A stretch of 64,000 nucleotides of DNA from a virus (taxonomy: Duplodnaviria; Heunggongvirae; Uroviricota; Caudoviricetes). The DNA is taken from the IMG/VR virus record IMGVR_UViG_3300033463_000046. One strand, written 5' to 3'. The notes beneath the pieces were generated by a model, which saw nothing but the letters and a program-made list of their open reading frames with translations, ran no database searches and was not told the DNA's origin. This document shows positions 40,673 through 50,708 of the stretch, piece by piece (position 1 is the stretch's first letter; each line of letters begins with the position of its first letter). Both the position numbers and the translations under genes were made by a program.

Positions 40673-40887
40673 ATATCAACACTACTTTGAAGAGTGGTAT
40701 TCAAATCTAACGGAGGGCCAACTTAGTTGGCTCTCTGCTCATTTTTAGTAATGCTGGTCAACGAGTGAAAGCTGTAGAGCAGGGCAACTAGTATTAGTCC
40801 CATGAAATAACCTCGATGGTTATGAAGCTGGTGAGTGTAACTAAGTAAGGTATAGGAAAGCTATACACGATGGAAGGCATTACTAAC

Positions 40888-40958
40888 GTGCTCATAGCTC
40901 AATGGTAGAGCCTCGGACTTTTAATCCGGTGATCTGGGTTCGATTCCCAGTGGGCACA
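40888..40958 (+). tRNA. tRNA-Lys (TTT)
   Basis: Acceptor gtgctca/tgggcac, D gctc-aatggta-gagc, anticodon arm tcgga-ctTTTaa-tccgg, T-arm ctggg-ttcgatt-cccag. Confidence 0.85.
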
Positions 40959-41153
40959 CAATGGGCAAATCAAACCCCTCACTTATATATCAACGTATAG
41001 CGTAAACACGTAAGAATATATAAACATAGAGTCCCTGATTATTTGTCCTTGGAGATATAAACATTGAACCTGGTTTGACCGCGCGGAGTTGTAGGGGTCG
41101 CTCCCCGAAAAAACATCCAGTTTGCCCAGTCAATATGTTTTATCTCCTAAAAA

Positions 41154-41225
41154 GCCCCTATGGCAGAAGGGTTTATGCACCAGACTCTTAATCTGGCTAT
41201 CAAGGTTCGAGTCCTTGTGGGGGTA
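41154..41225 (+). tRNA. tRNA-Lys (CTT)
   Basis: Acceptor gccccta/tgggggt (2 GU), anticodon arm ccaga-ctCTTaa-tctgg, T-arm caagg-ttcgagt-ccttg. Confidence 0.7.
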
Positions 41226-41245
41226 CAATAAAAAATTTTAAAGAT

Positions 41246-41464
41246 ATGATTAGTTATGAAGGTCATGGATGTTCAGCTGTTGTTGCTGTTTTAATATTAG
41301 TAGCAGCTGCACTATTCTTACAGGCATGGTTAGTCCAATTATTATGGAATTGGTTAGTTCCTATGTTTTGGACAAGTGCACCTATCTTAACTTACTGGCA
41401 ATCATTTGGTTGCTGTGTATTGTTGGGAATTATAGGTAGCAAATTTAGATCCTCTAGTAAATAA
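41246..41464 (+). CDS. small membrane protein
   Basis: 72 aa with two TM segments. Confidence 0.45.
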   Translation: MISYEGHGCSAVVAVLILVAAALFLQAWLVQLLWNWLVPMFWTSAPILTYWQSFGCCVLLGIIGSKFRSSSK

Positions 41465-41482
41465 TTAAACTGTCGGAAAATA

Positions 41483-42550
41483 ATGATGTACAGAGTAATT
41501 ACAATTGTTTACACTAGGCGAAAACTGTCAGCATTAGAAATAGCTGAACAGAAGAAGTACCTATTTATTTGTGACTATGAAGTAAAGATTGGAGATATGT
41601 TAGATTCTCCTGTCTACGCTACTCCATGTCAGGTTGTGGATGTTACTTGGAAGAGTTCTAAACCAATGAACCCTCGAGGGCAATATCTAAAAACTCTCAT
41701 TGTAGAAAGAATTAACGGTAAATCAGTAAATGATGAACCAGAAGTTATTAATCCATCTAAAAGTAAAGAAATGAAGGACAATTCAATGTTCAGTGGAATT
41801 ATGTCTAAGTATTCTGGACAATTCATTCCACAAAAGGAAGACAAAGTGCGTATGTCACTTAATGGTCTATTGTGTGTTCCTCAGGATGGAGAGTATGTTG
41901 GTGTAAATGGAGAAGAGCTTGTATCTTTCCCACCAGAAATGACTCTTCAGATTCCTGTGTATTCTATTATTAAAGCTAACTCAGCTGTAGTTCCTGGAGA
42001 CATTATCAAGAATGGTAACAACTATTCTAAGGTAATTGGAATTAATCCTGATGGAAGCTTAAAGATCTTGTCGTTTACCGGTTTCACTCACAATAAGAAG
42101 CCTGTTACAGACTTCATTATGGGTGCTGCTACTACTCGTGTGCTTATCAATATGTTTAACTTCGATGAGAAGTCTGGATTCAATCCTATCTTCTTTGCTA
42201 TGGCAAGTGGAGAATCTATCGATGTTAACTCATTGATGATGCTTTCTATGACTCCTCAGGGTAAGAACCTCTTCAGCAATGCTGGTGGTGGTTTCAATCC
42301 TGCTATGTTATGGATGCTTGATAAGAACCGTCAAGAGAATGGTGGTGGAATGGACATGATGTCAATGTTTATGATGTCCTCTATGATGGGCGGACAGAAT
42401 CCATTTGGTAACATGTTTGGAGCAGCTCCTCAACCAGCTCCTCAGCCAGCAACTAAACCAGCTGAGCCATCTGCAGATGAAGCCTTGAATATTATTCTCA
42501 AGGATCCTGATGCTTTAGCTAAATTAAAGGACGCATTAAAAGCTGAGTAA
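41483..42550 (+). CDS. hypothetical protein with Met/Gly-rich low-complexity C-terminus
   Basis: 355-aa ORF. Confidence 0.6.
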   Translation: MMYRVITIVYTRRKLSALEIAEQKKYLFICDYEVKIGDMLDSPVYATPCQVVDVTWKSSKPMNPRGQYLKTLIVERINGKSVNDEPEVINPSKSKEMKDNSMFSGIMSKYSGQFIPQKEDKVRMSLNGLLCVPQDGEYVGVNGEELVSFPPEMTLQIPVYSIIKANSAVVPGDIIKNGNNYSKVIGINPDGSLKILSFTGFTHNKKPVTDFIMGAATTRVLINMFNFDEKSGFNPIFFAMASGESIDVNSLMMLSMTPQGKNLFSNAGGGFNPAMLWMLDKNRQENGGGMDMMSMFMMSSMMGGQNPFGNMFGAAPQPAPQPATKPAEPSADEALNIILKDPDALAKLKDALKAE

Positions 42551-42551
42551 T

Positions 42552-43367
42552 ATGGGTGGTGGTAGTTACGATCCGATAGCGTCTCGTAGTAGATCTACGA
42601 CGTATTATCAAAATAGGTCTCGAGAAGAAGTATTCTCTCAGCGTCATATGGATCCTTTAATGAATCCGAAGGGTGTAGCATATCGTGAAGCCCGTGACTC
42701 TGAAGAACATCCAGAATCGTTCCCAATTATTATTGCTCTCGATGAGACTGGTAGTATGGGACGTATTCCCGAAATTATTATCAAGAAGATTCTTCCTGAC
42801 ATTATGGAATCCATAATGAATGCAGGAGTTAAGGATCCTCAAGTAATGTTTATGGGAATTGGAGACTGTGCTAACTATGAAGAGGCTCCTCTTCAAGTTG
42901 GTCAGTTTGAAAGTTCCGACGAACTTATAGAAAAGTGGCTTACTAAAGTCTACTTGGAACATAAGGGAGGCGGAAACGGTTTCGAGTCCTATCCTCTAGC
43001 ATGGTATTTTGCTGCTCACCATATCGTTACAGATTCGTGGGAAAAGAGACAGCAGAAAGGTGTTCTTATCACTATTGGTGATGAGAGTTATCAGCAACGT
43101 CTCTTAGCAGAACAGATTACACGCTATATTGGCGACACCCCCGAAGTCGATATAGTTGCGTCTGAACTGCTTGAACGTGTTCGTGAACAGTGGAATGTAT
43201 TCCATATCCATTGTAATGGTGGCAGCTACCGTGCTTCTGAAACTAAATGGGAGAAACTCCTCGGTCCAAATCTCGTTGTCTCCGTAGATAATGATGGTAT
43301 GGATATTAAGGATATTATCCCTCGTATTGTAGTTGGTTGTTATCGTAAACCAGAAGATGATGCGTAA
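42552..43367 (+). CDS. von Willebrand factor A (vWA) domain protein
   Basis: MIDAS-like IIIALDETGSMG (D-x-S-x-S) followed by a Rossmann-like fold pattern. Confidence 0.65.
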   Translation: MGGGSYDPIASRSRSTTYYQNRSREEVFSQRHMDPLMNPKGVAYREARDSEEHPESFPIIIALDETGSMGRIPEIIIKKILPDIMESIMNAGVKDPQVMFMGIGDCANYEEAPLQVGQFESSDELIEKWLTKVYLEHKGGGNGFESYPLAWYFAAHHIVTDSWEKRQQKGVLITIGDESYQQRLLAEQITRYIGDTPEVDIVASELLERVREQWNVFHIHCNGGSYRASETKWEKLLGPNLVVSVDNDGMDIKDIIPRIVVGCYRKPEDDA

Positions 43368-44487
43368 AACTCAAATAGTACTGGGAGCCCTTTTCGGAGA
43401 CGAAGGAAAGGGTTCCACAGTACAGTTTCTTTGTAAAGAACAATTAAGAAAAGGAATTACACCTTTAGTTATAAGGTTTAGTGGAGGACCACAAGCAGGA
43501 CATCGTGTAATGTATAATGGTATTGATCACGTATGTTCTCTTTTAGGTTCAGGTGTTCTATTGGGCTGTCCTACATATCTTGATAAAGATGTTATGATTG
43601 ATCCAATTTCTCTAATGAAAGAAGTGCAATCTCTTCAACAATTCGGAATAAACCCAGACATATACGTTCATCCATATTGCCGAGTTATTTTCCCTGATGA
43701 TATTATAAAGAATCAGAGTAATAAAAAGACAATACAGGATGGTACTTGTGGTTGTGGCATATTTGAATGTTTTGATAGAAATCGTAAAAATCCAGATATA
43801 CTTAGATGTATTGCTAGTGCAACTGTAGCTCCTGAGGATTATGTAGATCTTTATGGAGTTAAACACAATAGAGAGCAGTTTATTGAAGCGTGTAAATGGA
43901 TGGATAACTATTGTCATATTCGTATGCTAGAAGAATTGGCAGAGATGCATAGTTCTCTAATATTTGAAGGAAGTCAAGGATTATTACTTGATATGGAAGG
44001 TGGTTTTATGCCTAATTGTACTCCTAGTATGGTTGGCTTAAATGGAGTAAGAGAAGAATTTCTTGAAAATGCTGAAGTTTTCTTAGTAATGAGAAGTTAT
44101 CTTACTCGACATGGTAATGGTTATGATCCTGTTGGTGAATCATTTGTACGAAAGTATTTTACAAACTTAGAAGAACCTACAAATTTGAATGATGGTCCAC
44201 AAGGACAATTCAAACTTGGTGTCCTTGATTTAGATCTAGTAATTCGCTCTTTTGACCGAAATCGTTTGGACAATTATAAAAGAATGTATAATATTGAATA
44301 CAACGCAGTGATAACACACATGGATTGTAGTCCATATCCGACTATTATTCCTGCATTCTTCAATTATAGTAAAATTGATTATATTGATATTGATAAAGCA
44401 ATGCAATATTGTTTTAGGCACATATCTCTTAAAAATACTTACTTAGGACTAGGTCCTGAGTCTGAAATCGTCCTCTTCAATAGATAA
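43357..44487 (+). CDS. adenylosuccinate synthetase family protein (PurA/PurZ-like)
   Basis: LGALFGDEGKGSTVQF (PurA P-loop GDEGKGK-like), FSGGPQAGHRV (GG-N-AGH block), FEGSQGLLLDMEGG (FEGAQG block). Starts at ATG 43357, overlapping the vWA stop. Confidence 0.65.
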   Translation: MMRKTQIVLGALFGDEGKGSTVQFLCKEQLRKGITPLVIRFSGGPQAGHRVMYNGIDHVCSLLGSGVLLGCPTYLDKDVMIDPISLMKEVQSLQQFGINPDIYVHPYCRVIFPDDIIKNQSNKKTIQDGTCGCGIFECFDRNRKNPDILRCIASATVAPEDYVDLYGVKHNREQFIEACKWMDNYCHIRMLEELAEMHSSLIFEGSQGLLLDMEGGFMPNCTPSMVGLNGVREEFLENAEVFLVMRSYLTRHGNGYDPVGESFVRKYFTNLEEPTNLNDGPQGQFKLGVLDLDLVIRSFDRNRLDNYKRMYNIEYNAVITHMDCSPYPTIIPAFFNYSKIDYIDIDKAMQYCFRHISLKNTYLGLGPESEIVLFNR

Positions 44488-44518
44488 TTTAATTTTTGAA
44501 CTTGAAATTCAAATTGTT

Positions 44519-44626
44519 ATGAAAAGAGTAAAGCATTTGATTGGAAGAATAGGCCGCGCTTATCTTAATGGTATGGTTGAAATGTATCGTCCAGCCTTAG
44601 AGCATAACGTTCCTATTATTTTCTAA
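44519..44626 (+). CDS. hypothetical small protein (35 aa)
   Basis: MKRVKHLIGRIGRAYLNGMVEMYRPALEHNVPIIF. Confidence 0.25.
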   Translation: MKRVKHLIGRIGRAYLNGMVEMYRPALEHNVPIIF

Positions 44627-44658
44627 TCTCGCAATGCGGAGTGACGATCCGCATTACT

Positions 44659-44732
44659 GCTCCCATAGACGAATTGGTCAAGTCGTCACACTCTCAATGT
44701 GGAGATTCCGAGTTCGATCCTCGGTGGGAGTA
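44659..44732 (+). tRNA. tRNA-Glu (CTC), probable
   Basis: Acceptor gctccca/tgggagt, 3-bp D-stem with long loop, anticodon arm tcaca-ctCTCaa-tgtgg, T-arm ccgag-ttcgatc-ctcgg. Confidence 0.6.
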
Positions 44733-44826
44733 CAAAGTCCGAAGAAATTCGGCCAACCAGTCGGGATCCCCAGAGGTGGTAGTTATCTGTGCACGGAAGG
44801 ACGCCATCGTGTTGGCTGGTTGAGAT

Positions 44827-44899
44827 GCCCCTTTAGTTCAGTGAATAGAACGCTTCGCTACGAACGAAGAGGTCAGCGGTTTGAATCCGTTAAGGGGTA
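44827..44899 (+). tRNA. tRNA-Arg (ACG)
   Basis: Acceptor gcccctt/aaggggt, D gttc-agtgaata-gaac, anticodon arm cttcg-ctACGaa-cgaag, T-arm agcgg-tttgaat-ccgtt. Confidence 0.85.
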
Positions 44900-45013
44900 C
44901 AATGAGGAGTACTTACCTCAGCACTCTTGGCGATAGCCCTTGAAAGCCATTTACACTGCAATGTATTTCGGCAAGTATCGTGATGTTATCAAAAGAGATG
45001 TAGTTGCAGCTAC

Positions 45014-45117
45014 ATAGGTGTAGTTCATGGGAATAGAACGTTGCTCAGCAGCAGACGGTAAGAAGTTATCGTGGTGTGGTGACGAGAAAGAACCAGGTTC
45101 GAGTCCTGGCACCTAGC
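45014..45117 (+). tRNA. atypical ~103-nt tRNA-like locus
   Basis: 5' ataggtg-ta-gttc-atgggaata-gaac (canonical acceptor plus D-arm). 3' ccagg-ttcgagt-cctgg plus cacctag. The middle region does not form a standard anticodon arm. Confidence 0.3.
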
Positions 45118-45341
45118 AATTTGTTTACAAAATTAAGAATGTGAGAATAATGCACTCACATGAAATCCTACAAGCATTAGTAGGGAGTCTTTATGCGTAC
45201 AAGACTATAACAAAGACACACGTTTTTGAGACAACGTAATAAACTCACGTTTAGAGTAACGTAATAAGCTCCAACTTTGTGGTAAGTTGTAAATACAAGC
45301 CAAGAGCCTTCTCAAATGGAGGCTCACTTTTATTGACTCTT

Positions 45342-46508
45342 ATGCATAAGATATTATATTTACTAATCGCAGCACTAATGCTCGTCGGATGTTCACATGA
45401 GACAGGTATAGATAATACCGAATATGTGACAAATAAGTATAACACCGCATTTGTGCAAACATTTGGACAACCTGCTCCTAATCAGACTTGGGGATTCTCA
45501 GAGTCCGCAAATACTAGGACAACTCAGCCAGAAAGTAATATGTGGGAGAGCTGGGGATACGTTGTTCCAAGTGCTATTACTGCAGATGAAATTACAGAGG
45601 TAAAGAAGGTATTTGATAAGAAGGGTGAAGCTTCTTATGAGTCATTAGTAGATTGGGATTGCTTCTTTGTTCAGCATGTTTATGGTAATCATGGTAATAT
45701 GGATTATTTATGTTCATATTTACCTGGAGGAAAAGAAGAGACGATTTATCCAGACTGGAACAATTGGCAACCTACAGTCGTTACTAATTACGACGACCAT
45801 ATCTTTAACTTTAATGCAACAAGTGGAAGTATTCAACTAATGGTTGAAAGTTCTACTCAGAGATTTGGTTTCCATTCATCTCAAGATAGTCAAATGCACT
45901 ATTGGTTTAGGATGGAAGAGATTAATGGTGCTTATTATGTAGGTATTGATTACGAAGCAACTGGACAATGGGATAATCAAAAAGAGGCTCGTGACTTTAT
46001 CTACAATGACTGGGTAATCAAGATTGTTCCAGGAAAAGGAAGTACTCCTCCAGTTAACAATGTAAGAATTATGGTGGAAGACTTATCTGCTTCTAGTGGA
46101 ACTGACTTTGATTTTAATGACGCAGTATTTGATGTAAACATTGTTAATGGTAATGCTGAATGTATTTTACAGGCTGCAGGAGGTATTCTACCATTAAAGA
46201 TTGAGGGATATGAAGTACATCAATTATTTGGTCAACCTGAACAAGAAGAGTACCCAATGATTAATACTGGTGCTGGACCTACACATGCTCCTGTTCCATT
46301 TACACTTACAGGTAAATCTAATCCTAAGGACATCCATATATATGTAAATAAGAATGGTAATTGGATTGAAATATCTGCAAATAAGGGACAACCTGCTTCC
46401 AAGATTGCAACTTGGCAAAATAAAGCGTGGTGTACTGAAAGGCAACCAATTTCTGAGAGATATCCTGGATTCCCATTATGGGTAAGTAATCCAGACATCG
46501 TTTGGTGA
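45342..46508 (+). CDS. lipoprotein, hypothetical
   Basis: MHKILYLLIAALMLVGCSHE, a signal peptide with lipobox LVGC. The track ORF starts 21 codons upstream (45279). Confidence 0.6.
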   Translation: MHKILYLLIAALMLVGCSHETGIDNTEYVTNKYNTAFVQTFGQPAPNQTWGFSESANTRTTQPESNMWESWGYVVPSAITADEITEVKKVFDKKGEASYESLVDWDCFFVQHVYGNHGNMDYLCSYLPGGKEETIYPDWNNWQPTVVTNYDDHIFNFNATSGSIQLMVESSTQRFGFHSSQDSQMHYWFRMEEINGAYYVGIDYEATGQWDNQKEARDFIYNDWVIKIVPGKGSTPPVNNVRIMVEDLSASSGTDFDFNDAVFDVNIVNGNAECILQAAGGILPLKIEGYEVHQLFGQPEQEEYPMINTGAGPTHAPVPFTLTGKSNPKDIHIYVNKNGNWIEISANKGQPASKIATWQNKAWCTERQPISERYPGFPLWVSNPDIVW

Positions 46509-46523
46509 GTAATCACCAAACCT

Positions 46524-46597
46524 GGCCCTGTGGTCTAATAGGTAAGGACGTCACTCTTTCAAGGTGGAAATGCCGGGTTCGATTCCCGCCGGGGCTG
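46524..46597 (+). tRNA. tRNA-Glu (TTC)
   Basis: Acceptor ggccctg/cggggct (2 GU), D gtct-aataggtaa-ggac, anticodon arm tcact-ctTTCaa-ggtgg, T-loop ttcgatt. Confidence 0.7.
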
Positions 46598-46617
46598 CTA
46601 ACTTAAAATTATAGATT

Positions 46618-47199
46618 ATGTTAAAGGTTGGAGATTATGTAACGCTCAAAAAAGGACTTGTTCTAGGCAAGAAATATGGAACTGTGACTTTTGGTCTTAG
46701 ACATTCTCAATATAATGGAATGTTATTAAAGATAGTTAAGATCAGTTCTACAGGAACCGCATATTGTACTCATTCTGGTTATGCATGTGAATGTGGAACT
46801 ATACATGAAAGTATGCTAAATACTGCTAAGTTTAAAGAAGGTGATAAAGTTCATATTTGGAACCTTCGTTTAACTAGTAAGAGTTATACTGTAGGAATGA
46901 TACAATATGCTGATCAAGAAGCTACTGTTGAAAAAGTAAAGATGGGTGAGGATGGATTTGCATATCTTTTGGATATTGACGAACATCTAAACCTATGGCC
47001 AGAACAAGCACTTAGTAATGAAGACAGTTTACTAGAAGACTTAAAAGATTCTCTAGACAATGAAAATCGATTACAAAAACAAGAGACTCTTATCCGCAAC
47101 GGAGAAGGAATCAAAGGAAGTCGAGTACTTGGTAGGCTCGGCAAAACTTCAATTCGAAGCAGACCTCTTAGAAACCCGCAGAGGGTTAGAGGAAAGTAA
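46618..47199 (+). CDS. hypothetical protein
   Basis: 193-aa ORF; the C-terminal third overlaps the next ORF in another frame. Confidence 0.5.
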   Translation: MLKVGDYVTLKKGLVLGKKYGTVTFGLRHSQYNGMLLKIVKISSTGTAYCTHSGYACECGTIHESMLNTAKFKEGDKVHIWNLRLTSKSYTVGMIQYADQEATVEKVKMGEDGFAYLLDIDEHLNLWPEQALSNEDSLLEDLKDSLDNENRLQKQETLIRNGEGIKGSRVLGRLGKTSIRSRPLRNPQRVRGK

Positions 47200-47338
47200 G
47201 GCTAAGGTTGAAGATCTTAAAACAGAACATCCTTTGGATGTAAAAGCTATTATTGAAGCCGAAATTGATGTGGAAGCATATCAAGACGGAATTAGTCGCC
47301 TAACTAAGTTAGGAAAAGAATTAGGTTTTATTGAGTAA
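47060..47338 (+). CDS. hypothetical protein
   Basis: 92-aa ORF. Confidence 0.4.
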   Translation: MKIDYKNKRLLSATEKESKEVEYLVGSAKLQFEADLLETRRGLEESKAKVEDLKTEHPLDVKAIIEAEIDVEAYQDGISRLTKLGKELGFIE

Positions 47339-47727
47339 TGGAACAAGATCCAAAGAGAGCGGCGCAAGAAATGTTCGTAAAGTTCATGGAGACGACGCTT
47401 AAACATTCTAGGATTTGTGTGCCACAGCCTCTTCCTTTAGTAGAAGAGAAGGCCACAAAACGTCTGGACACAGACGACCTTATATCCTGGAAGGTTATTT
47501 TGAAAGAGTGGGAGAAGGTATCACCAGAGGGTAAGAAAGAGATTTCTTTACTTTTAACTCTCAACTCCTATGATTTAATCGAGTGTATTAATCTCAGAGA
47601 AAAGCTTGCCGATGAAGCTAGGGACACTGGAGACTATGTTCATCAGCATCCAGAATTCGGAAAGTCTGATGAGCAGATCGATAGTGAAAGCATCGTTGAC
47701 GATTTTAAAAGCATGCTAGGCATGTAA
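47338..47727 (+). CDS. hypothetical protein
   Basis: 129-aa ORF. Confidence 0.5.
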   Translation: MEQDPKRAAQEMFVKFMETTLKHSRICVPQPLPLVEEKATKRLDTDDLISWKVILKEWEKVSPEGKKEISLLLTLNSYDLIECINLREKLADEARDTGDYVHQHPEFGKSDEQIDSESIVDDFKSMLGM

Positions 47728-47977
47728 TTCTGCAGAGCGTCATTACTGTTTTCGACGTTAAATTTAAGCAGTAGGTGATTCTCGGCCTCTTAAGTACAAT
47801 GATTGTATGATAGTTAACAGCCCTCGCAAAGGGCGAGAAGTTAGTCATTCAAAGCTAAACCTTAGTCCGAATAAGGGAGCCTTTCTAGCATCAAATGTTA
47901 GAAACTGCAAGCAAGGATGCATTATTAATAGCCTCATGAACTATTAATATTAGGAATGCCCATTTAGTTGGGCATTT

Positions 47978-48058
47978 GCCCCTTTGGCGTAATTGGTAGC
48001 CGCGCTAGACTTAGGATCTAGTCCTTCTTGGGTAGGAGTTCGAGTCTCCTAGGGGGCA
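47978..48058 (+). tRNA. tRNA-Leu (TAG), type II
   Basis: Acceptor gcccctt/agggggc, 3-bp D-stem, anticodon arm ctaga-ctTAGga-tctag, variable arm, T-arm aggag-ttcgagt-ctcct. Confidence 0.75.
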
Positions 48059-48077
48059 CTACTAATTTTTTAAATCT

Positions 48078-48203
48078 ATGGTAATTAATTGTCCAAAATG
48101 TAAAGAACCGACAGAATTCAGAATATCAGACGCACAAGACTCTGAAGGAGAAGTATTTAAGTGTCTGTATTGTGGTTATAAATTTAGATATGCAGAAAGA
48201 TGA
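48078..48203 (+). CDS. small zinc-ribbon protein (41 aa)
   Basis: CPKC...CLYC pairs. Confidence 0.35.
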   Translation: MVINCPKCKEPTEFRISDAQDSEGEVFKCLYCGYKFRYAER

Positions 48204-48430
48204 GTAAAGGTAGAGGAACCCTTGTGGTTCGACAAAAGGCTGCGTTAGCCAGGTTGGAGGAAGCCTACGAAAAGTTTAAGGCTGCCAAAGAAGACAAGAA
48301 ACCTTGGGATTCAACGCGAAATGGTAGAGTAATTCGCCATCAGGGACGTAAGTATGCTGATGAATGTGCGCGTATGGCCAATGAGATTAAGATTCTCAAG
48401 GCTAAACTCTCTAAGCAATTCAAGACATGA
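48200..48430 (+). CDS. hypothetical protein
   Basis: 76-aa ORF; ATGA overlap with the upstream ORF. Confidence 0.45.
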   Translation: MSKGRGTLVVRQKAALARLEEAYEKFKAAKEDKKPWDSTRNGRVIRHQGRKYADECARMANEIKILKAKLSKQFKT

Positions 48431-48582
48431 TTGCTTCTGAAACTCCATTTAAGGAGTTTGAATACGATGATAATGGCGAGTTAGTATGTTCCAAATGTGG
48501 ATCAAGGGACATATCTTTAATTCCAAAAATGTACACAACTTATTATATGTGCAATGGATGCGGAAACGAAGAAAGGATATGA
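48427..48582 (+). CDS. small zinc-ribbon protein (51 aa)
   Basis: CSKCGS...CNGCG. Confidence 0.35.
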   Translation: MIASETPFKEFEYDDNGELVCSKCGSRDISLIPKMYTTYYMCNGCGNEERI

Positions 48583-48787
48583 AGCTAATTTGCAAAGAAT
48601 TAAACAAAGGCAAACAGCTAATTTGGAGATTCTAAAAATCTTGAATATGATTGTTAATCGGTTTCCAGACTTGAGATTTACTCAAATTTTAACAAATCTT
48701 AACTTAGATAAAGACTTGTTTTATGAAGAAAGTGTGGATACATTAGAACATATCAAGAAACAACTTGAAGGGAAGATCTCGTTATGA
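48554..48787 (+). CDS. hypothetical protein
   Basis: 77-aa ORF overlapping the previous one in another frame. Confidence 0.4.
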   Translation: MDAETKKGYEANLQRIKQRQTANLEILKILNMIVNRFPDLRFTQILTNLNLDKDLFYEESVDTLEHIKKQLEGKISL

Positions 48788-49369
48788 GGTCTTCCTATTA
48801 AATGGGGCTGACAGGATTAGACGGATAATGAAGGTAATAAGAACATGCAAAGGCTGTATGGAAAGACATACAAATCAATTAAATGGCAAGAACAATGTTT
48901 CTTTCGCCATCACAAGCTACAGAGTAGCTGCGTGAGGCGTGGGGTCGTGATTAACCCTATCATCCAATAATCACAAAGTCTACGATTCTCAGTGTCTCCG
49001 ACTATAAACACAGCAACTGAGTGGTGGCAGGTGCGACTTCGGTCAATCCCCCAGTCATTGCCTAAGACTTTAAAAAAGGCACTGGTGAAGAAAACACTCC
49101 AAATTGAAAAGCATGTACAATTCTTATAGAATAGTTGTTGCGGACGGCGGTTCGATTCCGCCCAGTTCCACTCCTGTGATCTGACGGAGCATGCGGTCAC
49201 TAAAAGGCATGCGTCAATTCTCACTTAGACTCAAGAAGTGATAGGTTGTACAACTGAAGGGAATGAATTTTTTGCAGGTAAGGAAACCGCCATCTCAAGT
49301 TTTCTAATCTATAAATCATAAAACTAGAGAAAAGGGTAAGTAGGTGTACGGGACACCTACGTAAATATA

Positions 49370-49443
49370 CTCCGATTGGTGTGAGTTGGTTTAGCCACCG
49401 GTCTGCAAAACCGGGCACGTCAGTTCGAATCTGACATCGGAGT
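49370..49443 (+). tRNA. tRNA-Cys (GCA)
   Basis: Acceptor ctccgat/atcggag, anticodon arm ccggt-ctGCAaa-accgg, T-arm gtcag-ttcgaat-ctgac. The D region is 2 nt long. Confidence 0.7.
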
Positions 49444-49464
49444 CAATAGCTAATTATTAGCACT

Positions 49465-49794
49465 ATGAAATTTAAAGATAACTTAAACTGTGTTCACTGC
49501 GAGCTCAACAATTGGGACTATGATAAAGATGGCCTCATGTATCCGATCGCCTATGAGCTTGCTTTTAAATTCTATGGAACAGATGTAACTGCTTGTATTA
49601 CAGCTGAGGAGTTACAAAATGATGCTGAAGGCGCTTTTGCTTCTGTAGAAACTGATGGCGAATTGTTAACCTCTTTTGAAGAAGTCTTTGAAGACAATGA
49701 TTACTTCAGAGACAAAGTCAGAGAAGTATGTAAAGAATGCTGGGATGATAACCTTAACAGCAATGACTACGATTATCAAGGATTAAAGTTATGA
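49465..49794 (+). CDS. hypothetical protein
   Basis: 109-aa ORF. Confidence 0.5.
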   Translation: MKFKDNLNCVHCELNNWDYDKDGLMYPIAYELAFKFYGTDVTACITAEELQNDAEGAFASVETDGELLTSFEEVFEDNDYFRDKVREVCKECWDDNLNSNDYDYQGLKL

Positions 49795-49931
49795 AGTACG
49801 TAGTTGAGTACGAGTATGGTCCAATGGACGACAAGCAGTTAAACGAATACTGCGAAGAGAATCAGTGTGAACTGGTTACAATTGTAAGAGATCAATTTGA
49901 TGTGTATGCTCATTATTTTAGATTAATCTAA
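49791..49931 (+). CDS. hypothetical small protein (46 aa)
   Basis: ATGA overlap with the upstream ORF. Confidence 0.3.
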   Translation: MKYVVEYEYGPMDDKQLNEYCEENQCELVTIVRDQFDVYAHYFRLI

Positions 49932-49954
49932 TACAAATTAAATTTTTTAATGAA

Positions 49955-50614
49955 ATGAAGAAATTTTTAGGTTTCTTAATGTTAATGTGTATGAGCCTAA
50001 TCATGGCATCATGCAATGGTTGTAGTCAACCACAAGATCAGCCAAGTGTCGATTCTACTTTGATTGATACTATTAGTATTAAAAATGTTATTGATGTAGA
50101 TCACGCAATTGCTACAGATAGACAAGCAATGTATATGAACTATAAAGATGATTATCGTTGGTTTGAAACGGAAATTCTTCTTCCAGAGTTTATAGATTCT
50201 GATAGTGCAACAAGTAACCCAGAAATGGTTGTAAATATTTTACAAAGCATTGTTGAGAAGGGTAATGGTGCTGATGTGTGGGTACACAAATTCCAACACT
50301 TTAATGATGGAACAATTGTACACGACTCTATTCAAGGTTTTTGGATTGAAAATTATGCACTAAATGATGAAGTAATTAAACTTAATTATACAGAAGCTTG
50401 GGATAGAATGATGGCTGTTAATTATCCTAAACCACATTCAAAACATGTTACTTTAAGAAATCCTATTGGTCCTGTTGCAGTTAATACACAATGGATCTTT
50501 GGTAATATTCATGAACAAATCTGGATTGATGCTGTAACAGGTAATGCTAGAAATTCTAATCCAGCATTCCCAGAAGAGAAAGGATTTAAGATGCCACTGG
50601 GAGAGTGGCCCTAA
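49955..50614 (+). CDS. lipoprotein, hypothetical
   Basis: MKKFLGFLMLMCMSLIMASCNG, a signal peptide with a lipobox. Confidence 0.6.
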   Translation: MKKFLGFLMLMCMSLIMASCNGCSQPQDQPSVDSTLIDTISIKNVIDVDHAIATDRQAMYMNYKDDYRWFETEILLPEFIDSDSATSNPEMVVNILQSIVEKGNGADVWVHKFQHFNDGTIVHDSIQGFWIENYALNDEVIKLNYTEAWDRMMAVNYPKPHSKHVTLRNPIGPVAVNTQWIFGNIHEQIWIDAVTGNARNSNPAFPEEKGFKMPLGEWP

Positions 50615-50708
50615 TTTTACCATAATTAAATAATTTAGAAAGGTTAATGTTTTAGGAGCCGGGTTCGCTCAGACCGGACTTTAACCTTGCCCCTATAAGG
50701 GGGCTAAA

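Noticed and set aside
48790-49175. Possible tmRNA (T-arm ggcgg-ttcgatt-ccgcc near 49150)
   Set aside because: No 5' acceptor partner for cagttcc, no recognisable tag-peptide reading frame ending in ..AA-stop, and no resume-codon context. It is left as an unclassified T-arm-containing non-coding region.
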